DNA of 64,000 bases from a bacterium (GTDB lineage: Bacteria; Zhuqueibacterota; Zhuqueibacteria; Residuimicrobiales; Krinioviventaceae). The position numbers and the translations under genes are program-made. Where the stretch lies: positions 448,001-512,000 of the forward strand of contig CAXXFV010000023.1 of the NCBI GenBank assembly GCA_963674595.2, read 5' to 3'. How positions within the stretch are numbered: position 1 is the stretch's first letter; the number at the start of each line of letters is the position of its first letter. This document shows, in pieces, positions 42,328-51,879 of this stretch. Below the pieces are notes generated by a model, which was given only the letters and a program-made list of their open reading frames with translations, had not been told where the DNA came from and did no database searches.

Positions 42328-42669
42328 ATGAACAAAAAAGATAAAATAGATCATAGAGTTCAAAAAACACTGGATTGTTTTGAAAAGGCTGAGCGAATAA
42401 AATCCAATCCGTTTTTTTATACGAGGTTACAGGCACGCATTGACGAATATGAAACAAAGGGACGTGCTGAAAACCGCCAATTGGTATGGAATGGATTAAG
42501 ACTGGCTTTTCTTGTATTTATGGTTGCGATTAATATCCTTACGGCAACAAAATTTTTCCATAACAGCGATCATGGTTATACGAACCGTGAAGGTCTTGTA
42601 AATTCCTTTGCTCTGGAATTTAACCTGGATTCGAACCAAAACAACCCGATTTTTTTAATCAATGAATAG
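42328..42669 (+). CDS. Putative single-TM anti-sigma factor
   Basis: Directly after the ECF gene. NPFFYTRLQARI cytoplasmic motif and one TM helix. Confidence 0.7.
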   Translation: MNKKDKIDHRVQKTLDCFEKAERIKSNPFFYTRLQARIDEYETKGRAENRQLVWNGLRLAFLVFMVAINILTATKFFHNSDHGYTNREGLVNSFALEFNLDSNQNNPIFLINE

Positions 42670-42678
42670 GACTGTAAA

Positions 42679-43239
42679 ATGGATTATTTGAAACAAAAAC
42701 GCTTCACAATCTGGACGATTGTTGTGCTTGTTATTTTGAATATTTTCACAATTTCAATGTTGTGGCTTGGGAAAAATAATATGCGAGCGAATAAACCGCC
42801 TTTTAAATTACCAGCACAGAACACGAGGACATTAAAATTTTTACAAAAAGAACTGGATTTAACGGATTCACAAATACAGGATTATAAAAAACTGCGGGAA
42901 GAACATGCAAAAAAGACACAACAGCTCATACATGATATTCGTAAGCTGAAAGAAGAAATGATGGATGAAATATTTACCGGTGATCCGGATTCGTCAATGG
43001 TTACGAAAATAGCCGGGCAAATCGGCGAGAAACAAAGAAAAGTTGAACAGCTTACCTTTGAACACTTTATGGATTTAAAAAAATTGTGTGGTGAACAACA
43101 GGTTCGGAAACTACAGGGACTGGTGGGTGAGTTTTTCAGAAATAATCCGCCACCCGGAAATATGGGACGTGCACCGCGTCCTCCTCAGCCGGGAATGCCT
43201 CCAGGGCGACCTCAAATTCCGCCCGGAGATTTAAATTAA
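42679..43239 (+). CDS. Periplasmic Spy/CpxP / heavy-metal-resistance family protein
   Basis: N-terminal TM, ELDLTDSQ (LTxxQ) motif, helical coiled coil and Pro-rich tail. Confidence 0.75.
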   Translation: MDYLKQKRFTIWTIVVLVILNIFTISMLWLGKNNMRANKPPFKLPAQNTRTLKFLQKELDLTDSQIQDYKKLREEHAKKTQQLIHDIRKLKEEMMDEIFTGDPDSSMVTKIAGQIGEKQRKVEQLTFEHFMDLKKLCGEQQVRKLQGLVGEFFRNNPPPGNMGRAPRPPQPGMPPGRPQIPPGDLN

Positions 43240-43251
43240 TATAGAAATTTC

Positions 43252-43286
43252 AAGCCCCTTATCATTAGATAAGGGGCTTTTTTTTT
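43252..43286 (+). terminator. Intrinsic terminator
   Basis: AAGCCCCTTATC-atta-GATAAGGGGCTT followed by a T-run. Confidence 0.85.
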
Positions 43287-43289
43287 ACC

Positions 43290-43315
43290 GCAAGGTTTTT
43301 ATCCAAACAACGTCT
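43290..43315 (+). promoter_or_regulatory. Putative ECF sigma promoter, copy 2 (GCAAG-N16-CGTCT)
   Basis: GCAAG at 43290-94 and CGTCT at 43311-15, immediately after the terminator. Confidence 0.65.
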
Positions 43316-43443
43316 TAATATATGAGACCCGGGTAAAATGAATTTTTAAATGGGGTAGCGTGTAGAAAAGCAGCTTGTAAATATACATGTAATTTGTTAT
43401 TCCAAAAACTGAGAGTATAATTTATTTGGAATTGGAGAATAAA

Positions 43444-46400
43444 ATGAAATTAAAAATCATGTTAAGCATCGTAATTTTGACACTTTTGAGTGTTGTTATA
43501 ATGCCTGTTTCCATATTTGCACAGGGAGCACCCCCGGATATTATTGATCATATCGATCCTTCCGGTTCTGCTGCCGGCACAACGAATCTTGCCGTGACAA
43601 TTAATTTACAAGACCTGGGCACACCGCCTGTTCCGCCTTCAGATCTCGAACCGACGCGAGTCACCATCGGTACGCTGGAAGGGCGGGACATTGCCCGTAA
43701 TAACCTGGTCATCACTGCCGTGTTTGATATTCCGGCGAATGAAACCAATGGACAGAAAAGCCTGTCACTCACCTTTCCCGGGCCAAATAATCAGGACATT
43801 ACCTTTACTAAAGCAAATGCCTTTTTAGTAACGGGAGGTGAAGATGGCGATAATCCTGGCGAACCGGGCGATTCTGTTGACGTCACCGGAGACCTCGGCT
43901 GTTTGACCTATCCTGTCGTCGATACAGGACAGGACAAGTGTTATGATACCAGCGGTCAGATATCCATGCCCGGCCAGGAGGCGGCTTTTTATGGACAGGA
44001 TGGTCAGATGAACGGATACCAACCCAGCTATACGATCAGTTCAGATGGATTAACCGTGGATGATAATGTAACCGGTCTCACCTGGACCCGCAAAGCCGAC
44101 TGGGATGGCAACGGTACCGTAGATGCGGATGATAAATTCACCTACGCTGATGCCATGTCATACGTAGCTACAGTAAACGCCAATAATCTGGGTGGATATA
44201 ACGACTGGCGTCTGCCGAGTATCAAGGAGCTTTATTCTCTGATCGATTATCGTGGGACAGATCCCAATGTTCAGTCGTCGAACAGTGTCGGGTTGGTTCC
44301 GTTTATAAATGACAATGTGTTCCAATTCGGATATGGAGATATGGATGCCGGTGACCGAATTATCGACTCTCAATGGGCCACCACAACGCTGTATGTCGGT
44401 TCGGTAATGGGGGGGCAGCAGGCTATGTTTGGCGTCAACTTTGCGGATGGACGGATCAAGGGGTATCCCGTATCCAGCGGTCCCGGGGGATTTGAAAAGA
44501 CCTACTATCTCCGTTTGTGCCGTGGAAATACAGCTTATGGAGAAAATGATTTTATGGATAATGATGATGGTACCGTAACAGACAATGCCACCGGACTAAT
44601 GTGGGCCCGAACGGATAACGGCGCCGGTGTGAATTGGGAAGGCGCCCTGGCCTATGCCCAGCAGATGAATTCTGAAAACTATTTGGGTTACAGCGACTGG
44701 CGTTTGCCCAATGCCAAAGAACTGCAGAGTCTGTTGGACTATAGCCGCTCCCCCGACACTCATGGTACGGCCGCTATTAATCCTCTGTTCAATTGCACAC
44801 AGATCACCAATGAGGCAGGGCAGCCCGACTATCCCTTTTACTGGTCGAGTACCACTTTTTTGAGTTTCAACGGCAGTGCTTTCCGGGCCGTATACGTCGC
44901 CTTTGGACGTGGCCTGGGTTCCATGGATGGATCGAATGTGATCGATGTACACGGTGCCGGTTGCCAGCGAAGCGATCCCAAGGACGGCAATACCGGCGAC
45001 TATCCCGCTTGGGGCTTTGGTCCCCAGGGGGACGTGCAAAGGGTGTTCAACTATGTCCGTTTGGTGCGTACGTCAGAGAAAACGGATTCAGATGATCCGG
45101 GGACAGGTGAGGCCGGCGACGGTGCCACCTTGTTTGCCCCTCAGGGCAGTACCACAACCTATCTGATGGATGAAAACGAGGAGATGATAAAAACCTGGCA
45201 AAGCAGTTATCGTCCCGGTCTTTCCTGCTACCTGCTTGATGATAAATCTCTGCTGCGGACCGGAAGTTTAGGTCCTCAGGGTAACAGCGTATTCGGCAGT
45301 ACCGGTGGTTCCGGTGGTGTTGTTGAACGATACGACTGGGACGGCAATCTCATCTGGGACTTTACCTATTCGAGCGATAACTATTTACTACATCATGATA
45401 TCGAGTACCTGCCCAATGGTAACATCCTCATGATCGCCTGGGAACGAAAGACCCAGGCGGAGGCTTTGGCGGAAGGACGTAATCCTTTATTATTATCTGG
45501 CGGTGAGTTGTGGCCGGACAAAATCATTGAGGTGGCGCCGGACGGTTCATCAGGAGGCGACATCATCTGGGAATGGCATGTCTGGGACCATTTGATTCAG
45601 GACTATGACGCATCCAAATCCAATTTCGGGACTGTGTCAGATCATCCTGAAAAGATCAACCTCAATTTTGTACAGGGCCGTGAGAGTGCCGACTGGAACC
45701 ATATAAACGCCGTGGACTATAATGAAGAATTGGACCAGATTCTGCTCACTGTGCACAATTTTAGCGAGATATGGATTATCGATCACAACACAACCACCGC
45801 CGGGGCGGCCGGAACTGCCGGAGATTTGCTCTATCGCTGGGGTAACCCTCAGGCTTATGGGCAGGGCGATAATTCGCAACAACAGCTTTTTGTTCCCCAT
45901 GACGGTCACTGGATAGAGAAAGGCTGTCCCGGCGAGGGTGACATTTTGATTTTTAACAACGGGGCAAACCGTCCTGACGGCAACTATTCCACTGTGGACC
46001 AGGTTACACCACCCCTGAACAGTAATGGTCGTTATGACCTGGAAAACGGTTCGGTTTATGGACCCTCATCAACAACCTGGATGTACGAGGCTGATCCGGC
46101 CACTCTGTTTTTTGCAGACCATATATCAAGCGCCCAGCGTCTGTCCAACGGTAACACCCTGATATGCAACGGTCCGGCTGGTACTTTTTTTGAAGTCAAT
46201 ACAACTGGTGACATTGAGTGGGAGTATGTGAATCCCTATACTGCTATGACGCCTCAGGGCGAAACGAATGAGGTTTTCCGTGCTGTACGCTATGATCTGG
46301 ACGCCCTTGGTCAGGGGAATTCCTCTACATATATAGAAAATGATGAAAATGATACTTTGCTTCCGGAAACGGTTGTGCTCAATCCAAACTATCCAAATCC

Positions 46401-46644
46401 TTTTAATCCGGTTACCTCTATAAGTTTTAGTTTGCCCAACACAATGAATGTAGAACTGACAGTTTATAATCTCCAGGGACAAAAGGTGAAAACACTGTTG
46501 ACCGGTGTTCAAAATGCCGGGGTTTACCAGGTGACCTGGGACAGTACGGATGAAAACGGGACAAAAGTAACTTCGGGCGTCTACATCTGTCAGATAATCG
46601 CCGAAAGTCAGCGGGAAATCCGTAAAATGAGCCTGATCAAGTAG
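43444..46644 (+). CDS. Secreted multidomain protein: Ig-like domain, 2x DUF1566 (Lcl), arylsulfotransferase (ASST) and T9SS/FlgD-like CTD
   Basis: DNVTGLTW...DWRLPSIKEL and DNATGLMW...DWRLPNAKEL repeats. HHD, DWNHINAV, LLYRWGNP and FNNG motifs. NYPNPFNP tail. ATG 43444 follows GGAG. Confidence 0.82.
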   Translation: MKLKIMLSIVILTLLSVVIMPVSIFAQGAPPDIIDHIDPSGSAAGTTNLAVTINLQDLGTPPVPPSDLEPTRVTIGTLEGRDIARNNLVITAVFDIPANETNGQKSLSLTFPGPNNQDITFTKANAFLVTGGEDGDNPGEPGDSVDVTGDLGCLTYPVVDTGQDKCYDTSGQISMPGQEAAFYGQDGQMNGYQPSYTISSDGLTVDDNVTGLTWTRKADWDGNGTVDADDKFTYADAMSYVATVNANNLGGYNDWRLPSIKELYSLIDYRGTDPNVQSSNSVGLVPFINDNVFQFGYGDMDAGDRIIDSQWATTTLYVGSVMGGQQAMFGVNFADGRIKGYPVSSGPGGFEKTYYLRLCRGNTAYGENDFMDNDDGTVTDNATGLMWARTDNGAGVNWEGALAYAQQMNSENYLGYSDWRLPNAKELQSLLDYSRSPDTHGTAAINPLFNCTQITNEAGQPDYPFYWSSTTFLSFNGSAFRAVYVAFGRGLGSMDGSNVIDVHGAGCQRSDPKDGNTGDYPAWGFGPQGDVQRVFNYVRLVRTSEKTDSDDPGTGEAGDGATLFAPQGSTTTYLMDENEEMIKTWQSSYRPGLSCYLLDDKSLLRTGSLGPQGNSVFGSTGGSGGVVERYDWDGNLIWDFTYSSDNYLLHHDIEYLPNGNILMIAWERKTQAEALAEGRNPLLLSGGELWPDKIIEVAPDGSSGGDIIWEWHVWDHLIQDYDASKSNFGTVSDHPEKINLNFVQGRESADWNHINAVDYNEELDQILLTVHNFSEIWIIDHNTTTAGAAGTAGDLLYRWGNPQAYGQGDNSQQQLFVPHDGHWIEKGCPGEGDILIFNNGANRPDGNYSTVDQVTPPLNSNGRYDLENGSVYGPSSTTWMYEADPATLFFADHISSAQRLSNGNTLICNGPAGTFFEVNTTGDIEWEYVNPYTAMTPQGETNEVFRAVRYDLDALGQGNSSTYIENDENDTLLPETVVLNPNYPNPFNPVTSISFSLPNTMNVELTVYNLQGQKVKTLLTGVQNAGVYQVTWDSTDENGTKVTSGVYICQIIAESQREIRKMSLIK

Positions 46645-46656
46645 GACCTTTCATAT

Positions 46657-46695
46657 AAAAAAAGGATGTTGGAAATTTATTTGACATCCTTTTTT
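46657..46695 (+). terminator. Probable intrinsic terminator
   Basis: AAAAAAGGATGT ... ACATCCTTTTTT inverted repeat. Confidence 0.65.
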
Positions 46696-46918
46696 AAAAA
46701 TTATTTCAAGGGGAAAAAATGGCGGCCGGATTCCGCACCAAAAACATGTTTTAAAATTTCCACATATTTAAATTGGGGTAATGTAAAGCGAATTTTTTTA
46801 AAATATCCTTTGAAAACAGCGCCTTTTATTTGTACTTTAATTATGTCCCTTTTCTCTCTATTACGGCATAGACTTGTTCATTCCATTTAAAACCCATAAT
46901 TTATTGGAGGTAGAAACA

Positions 46919-48106
46919 ATGCTGCGGAAAATGTTTTACGTCTTATTTATCCTTATTATCGTGTCCGGACTGTTTTTTTGCCAAAATAATTCAACGGCTG
47001 ATGCTCCGGTGCCTGTCATTCATGTAACGGATTTATATACACCGGCAGGCGACCCTGATGATCATTGGGACCTTGCTTGTGAATTTGCATTGGCTTATCA
47101 GGAGAAAATTGATCTTAAAGGTATTGTTATTGATTGTGACCCGGACAACGTTCTGAATGGTAAAAGGCTTGACTGCGGTGATCCGGATGTGCGCGCTGTG
47201 GCCCAAATGAATTATATTACAGGTTTGAGCGTACCTGCTGTTATTGGAACACGCGGAAAAATACAATCCACTAATCTGAAGGATGAACTAGCTTCTCGTA
47301 AAGACCTCGGCGCTGTGAATTTTATTTTAAAAACACTAGAGGAATCACCACAGCCGGTTGTTATTCACGTCACCGGCACGGCCAGGGATGTTGCCCTGGC
47401 AGGACACGCTGATCCGCAATTGTTCACTGAAAAATGCAAAGCCATCTATTACAACGCCGGATTGTCACGTAATGACGGCAAGAGCGGAGAATATAATACC
47501 GGGCTCGATAGAATCGGCTATGCTGCGCTTTTTAATGTGCCGTGCCCCATCTATTGGATGCCTTGTTTTTCTGCCGGCAGCGGGTGGCACAAATTCCCGG
47601 ACAGACGCGAAGAACTTTATGGAGACCGCTATAATGACATTATAGATTATGAAACATTCTGGAAGTTTACGCATGAAGAAATTTTGTCGGACCTGTCTGA
47701 AAATACACAGAAATTTTTTGCCTATATGTATGAAAATTATAAAGACTATAATAAAAACGAACCGGTAACTGAAAACTTTTTACGCTACCTGTATGCCGAC
47801 AAGAATGAGGATATTATTCAGGAAGTGAATCCCAGTGTGAGACACATGTGGTGTACGGCCGGATTTTTACACGCTGCCGGACTATGTGTGGACAAGAATG
47901 GAACCATACAATCACTTGAGGAAGCAAAAGACAATAAATGGTACCGATTTGAACCTGCCAAAATAACGTCAGATGATAATGGCGCCACAACCTGGTCAAT
48001 TGATACAGAAGCAAAAGACAGGTTTATTTTCCGTCATTTGGGCTGGGATCAATATAATGAATCCATGAAAAAAGGGGCAAAAGAGCTGCTATTAAAACTG
48101 CCGTAA
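46919..48106 (+). CDS. Exported nucleoside-hydrolase-like protein (probable lipoprotein)
   Basis: VIHVTDLY...DPDDHWD, G..RDVA.A and EYN motifs. Signal peptide ending LFFC. ATG 46919 follows GGAGG. Confidence 0.65.
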   Translation: MLRKMFYVLFILIIVSGLFFCQNNSTADAPVPVIHVTDLYTPAGDPDDHWDLACEFALAYQEKIDLKGIVIDCDPDNVLNGKRLDCGDPDVRAVAQMNYITGLSVPAVIGTRGKIQSTNLKDELASRKDLGAVNFILKTLEESPQPVVIHVTGTARDVALAGHADPQLFTEKCKAIYYNAGLSRNDGKSGEYNTGLDRIGYAALFNVPCPIYWMPCFSAGSGWHKFPDRREELYGDRYNDIIDYETFWKFTHEEILSDLSENTQKFFAYMYENYKDYNKNEPVTENFLRYLYADKNEDIIQEVNPSVRHMWCTAGFLHAAGLCVDKNGTIQSLEEAKDNKWYRFEPAKITSDDNGATTWSIDTEAKDRFIFRHLGWDQYNESMKKGAKELLLKLP

Positions 48107-48150
48107 AAAATGTAAACAGGATTTTTTTAAACACTCAATGAAAATACATT

Positions 48151-48191
48151 CTGTAAGGGCCCAACATCTCAACATGTTTGGGCCCTTATAG
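48151..48191. repeat. Long intergenic inverted repeat (REP-like hairpin)
   Basis: CTGTAAGGGCCCAACAT-ctcaac-ATGTTTGGGCCCTTATAG, with no T-run on either side. Confidence 0.5.
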
Positions 48192-48332
48192 TCCCTGCCT
48201 TGATAATATTCAATATTTTTACAAATATCTCTTGCGCTGTTTTTATTTAATTTGTATTATTCAATTGTCAGCATTAATATCACTTTTTTAGGACAATTGG
48301 GTGGTCACGGGCGTTCCTGAAAGAATTTTTGC

Positions 48333-48508
48333 TGGTTTATGACCGTTGTAAATCTATGTTCCCGCTGGGATATAGAAATAGACAAACCTGGATCGTAACG
48401 ATCCTTGTTCTCAATAGAATTTGGGCTATTATCTATTTCATTTGGGGGCCAAAGTCTCAGGAAAAACAAGGAGATGGTGTTGACCAAAATTATTTGAATA
48501 AAAAGTAA
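48333..48508 (+). pseudogene. Frameshifted remnant of a small PLDc_N-domain membrane protein gene (copy 1)
   Basis: WFMTVVNLCSRWDIEID, then a frameshift, then WIVTILVLNRIWAIIYFIWGPK...*. Homologous to 51650-51800. Confidence 0.65.
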
Positions 48509-48709
48509 TCTGAAGGTTACTTTTTCGGAATTTTTGTCTTTACCCGGGAAAATGAAAACTACTACTTTATTAAATCTGTAGGGATGTTACTTTTGTTGAT
48601 TGATCATTTTTAATCCACCCAAATTTTTTAGATTTGGTTTATTTCATACTTACAAAGTGATCAAGTTTTTTCAATGTCGCCAAAAATAGAAAAGTAAGGA
48701 ACTTGCGAA

Positions 48710-51604
48710 ATGTTTTATAAACTATTTTTATGTATTTTATTAATATTTGTTTTTACGATTGATAACGTTTTTAGTAATGAAACTGAAGATTGGATTAATT
48801 ATTTTGCCTTGGAAAGTTCATCATGTAATAATGAATTAACAATTTCTACAATAGATAGTTCAGGAAATGTAATCGTAACAGGCGTTGGTTATAGTCAAAA
48901 TTATGGGAATTGTATAACCACTATAAAATATGACGCCCTTGGAAATAGAATTTGGTTGGAAAATTATGACGGTGGCGGTTTAAATGAAATTTATCCTATT
49001 GATATAGTTACTGATCTTGATGGAAATGTATTCGTTTTAGGGGAAATAAAAAATCGTAAAACTTATTATGATTTTTTAATTTTAAAATACGATTCTAAAG
49101 GACATTTTTTATGGGAAAAAATCTATAATGGAAAAGATAACCTTGATGACAGGCCGGCAAGTATTGCTTTAGATTTACAGGGCAATATTTATGCGACAGG
49201 GAAAAGTGAATCAATTAGCGGCTATTATAACTTTTTAACGTTAAAATTAAATTGTGATGGAATTTTAGAATGGTATGAACTTTATGATGGAGATAACAAT
49301 TTTGATGGTGCGGTTGACATCGTTGCCGATATTTCCGGTAATGTATATGTGGCAGGGAAAAGTGCTAAAATGAATTCAAAAACTGATATCATAATCCTTA
49401 AATATAATAGTGAAGGTCAAAGAATGTGGTTAACTAGATATAGTAGTGTAACAGACGGCTTGGCTAATGTGCATAATATATTTTTAGGGGTAGATGGTAA
49501 TTTCTATATCATTGGGACAGAATCTGATTCGCATGGAAATGTAGATTGCGTTACAATTAAGTATAATCCTTTGGATGGAGTAAAAGTTTGGGCGTCTCAA
49601 TTTGGTAATCCAGGTGAAACGGAAATGGGTATGGGTATAACACAGGATGAAAATGGTAATATTATTGTTCTGGTAATTAACGAAGAAAAAAATAATGGAT
49701 TTTATAATTCAATAATTAAATATGATCAGGATGGAAATGAATTATGGCGTGCCAAAGAATTAATGTCACAAACAGATGGTATCTTTAGAAATTTTCCCAT
49801 AGATATTGATGCAGATGGAAATGTTTATTCAGGAGGGTATTATACCACACAAGATTCTTTGAATAATAAAAAATACAATTACTTGTTTACAAGCTATAAT
49901 AACCAAGGCGTAAAAAATTGGACCATTATAAATGATGTCGACTTGTCTGAAAATAACATTCTAGCGGCAATTCATTGTGTCAGTCGAAATAGCATTTTTT
50001 TAACAGGGAAATCATATTATCCGGATTCCGGCTACGATTATACAGTACAAAATTATGACATTTGTGGAAATAAAAATTGGACGATGAGGCATAATGAAAT
50101 TGGTAAATTGTCATGCAGTGCAAGTAATATTGGTATTGATCAAAATGATAATATTTATGTTATAGGAGCATATATCAATGGTTTTTTAATTATTAAATAT
50201 GATAGGTTAGGAAATGAACAATGGTATATTAATCATCCAAATCCCTCAATCTCTTATTTGCAATATCTAACTTCATATATTGATAAGTTGGGTAATATTT
50301 ATTACGTTGGATTATCTAGTGTGAGGTCAAATTCGATACCGGCTGGCTCAGACTCGATCAAGTCGGTAATAATAAAGTACAGTACAAATGGTATATATGA
50401 ATGGCAAACGTCTCTAAACAATATTAAAATATCTAATTTAAAGTCAGATAAATGTGGGAATGTTTATGTAACTGGAACAAAATCATTATTATCACAATTA
50501 CCTACTTTTATTACAATAAAATATGATAAATTTGGATTAAAACAATGGGAAAACGAATATGATGACAGCAGTACAAACATAGATAAATCTTTATTTATAA
50601 ATTATGATTCGAAAAGCAATGTTTATATATGTGGTACAAATTATAATTCTTATTCGAATTCAAAATGTACTATAGTCAAATATAGTTCTGACGGTAACGA
50701 ATTATGGAAACAAACAATTAATGGAATACCGATTGATTTTGAACTTGACGGTAATGATAATGTACTTTTATTAGGGCAAGGAATTTATCCAAACAATTTT
50801 GTTGCTAGATATTTATCGGATGGCACCAGAGATTGGATAATAAATAGGGAAGATATAAGTTTTATCAAATTAGCAATTAGTTTAAAAGATAATATATTTA
50901 TTGTTGCCAGAAAAAGAGATGTTGAAGGAAAATATGTTTTTAGTACAACTAAATATGAAAAAACAGGGATAAAAAAATGGGATGCCATTTTTTCTGATTT
51001 TATTAAAGATGATAATAAAATAATTGATTTGTGTGTTGATAACAATGAAAATGTCTATATTGTTGGTTGCATGGATTCTGATATTTTTAATGATCCTGAC
51101 TATAGTGATATCGATTATATTAATATGAAATATAATACTGAAGGCTCCATCCAATGGATTAAAAATTATTCAGGTGTAGGATTTTCTTTTGATAAGCCTG
51201 TAGGTTTGACAATTGATTCAAATAATTCTATTTATATAACTGGAACTTCGGGTGCTCATTCTTGGAAAGTAATTACAACAATGAAATATAATCAAGGGCA
51301 AACCCAAGTTGAAAAAATGTTAAATGATACAGTTAAACCACATAACTTTGAACTCCTCCAAAATTATCCAAATCCTTTCAATTCAAAAACTATAATAAAC
51401 TACCAAATACATAAAAAGTCAAAAGTGATCCTTGAAATTTTTAATTTGAATGGAGAAAAAATAATAACATTAATAAATAAAATACATGATAAAGGTAGGT
51501 ACTCAATTGAGTGGGATGCAAGTAAATATAGTTCTGGCCTTTATATATGTAGAATACAAAACGGGAAAATGTTTGAGGCTAGGAAAATGATTTTCCTTAA
51601 ATAA
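48710..51604 (+). CDS. Secreted SBBP-repeat beta-propeller protein with T9SS-type CTD
   Basis: Many D..GNVYV.G...IKY...G...W repeats and a QNYPNPFN...SSGLY C-terminus. Markedly AT-rich. Confidence 0.85.
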   Translation: MFYKLFLCILLIFVFTIDNVFSNETEDWINYFALESSSCNNELTISTIDSSGNVIVTGVGYSQNYGNCITTIKYDALGNRIWLENYDGGGLNEIYPIDIVTDLDGNVFVLGEIKNRKTYYDFLILKYDSKGHFLWEKIYNGKDNLDDRPASIALDLQGNIYATGKSESISGYYNFLTLKLNCDGILEWYELYDGDNNFDGAVDIVADISGNVYVAGKSAKMNSKTDIIILKYNSEGQRMWLTRYSSVTDGLANVHNIFLGVDGNFYIIGTESDSHGNVDCVTIKYNPLDGVKVWASQFGNPGETEMGMGITQDENGNIIVLVINEEKNNGFYNSIIKYDQDGNELWRAKELMSQTDGIFRNFPIDIDADGNVYSGGYYTTQDSLNNKKYNYLFTSYNNQGVKNWTIINDVDLSENNILAAIHCVSRNSIFLTGKSYYPDSGYDYTVQNYDICGNKNWTMRHNEIGKLSCSASNIGIDQNDNIYVIGAYINGFLIIKYDRLGNEQWYINHPNPSISYLQYLTSYIDKLGNIYYVGLSSVRSNSIPAGSDSIKSVIIKYSTNGIYEWQTSLNNIKISNLKSDKCGNVYVTGTKSLLSQLPTFITIKYDKFGLKQWENEYDDSSTNIDKSLFINYDSKSNVYICGTNYNSYSNSKCTIVKYSSDGNELWKQTINGIPIDFELDGNDNVLLLGQGIYPNNFVARYLSDGTRDWIINREDISFIKLAISLKDNIFIVARKRDVEGKYVFSTTKYEKTGIKKWDAIFSDFIKDDNKIIDLCVDNNENVYIVGCMDSDIFNDPDYSDIDYINMKYNTEGSIQWIKNYSGVGFSFDKPVGLTIDSNNSIYITGTSGAHSWKVITTMKYNQGQTQVEKMLNDTVKPHNFELLQNYPNPFNSKTIINYQIHKKSKVILEIFNLNGEKIITLINKIHDKGRYSIEWDASKYSSGLYICRIQNGKMFEARKMIFLK

Positions 51605-51649
51605 AATATTTTCCAATATCGATAAAATAAAGGATCACCCAGATGTTCT

Positions 51650-51800
51650 AACCTCTGCTCCTGTCGGGATATAGAAATTCATAAAAATAAGCTGGATTGT
51701 GACGGTGCTTGTTCTCAATGGTATTGGGGCTATCATCTATTTCATTTGGGGTCCAAAGTCTGTGGTAAAACAAGGTGAAAGTGTTGAGCCAAATAATTAA
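51650..51800 (+). pseudogene. Truncated, frameshifted remnant of a PLDc_N-domain gene (copy 2)
   Basis: NLCSCRDIEIHK, then a frameshift, then KISWIVTVLVLNGIGAIIYFIWGPKSVVKQGESVEPNN*. No start codon. Confidence 0.65.
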
Positions 51801-51879
51801 ATTAAAAAAATAAATTTTGCTATTATTGCAACAGGACGGCAATATTGTTATTTTCTATAAATTAGTTATATACTAAAAA

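Noticed and set aside
48305-48487. Minus-strand ORFs 48305-48487 and 51648-51842 that resemble each other
   Set aside because: They are antisense shadows of the + strand PLDc_N remnants. The synonymous changes fall in the + frame.
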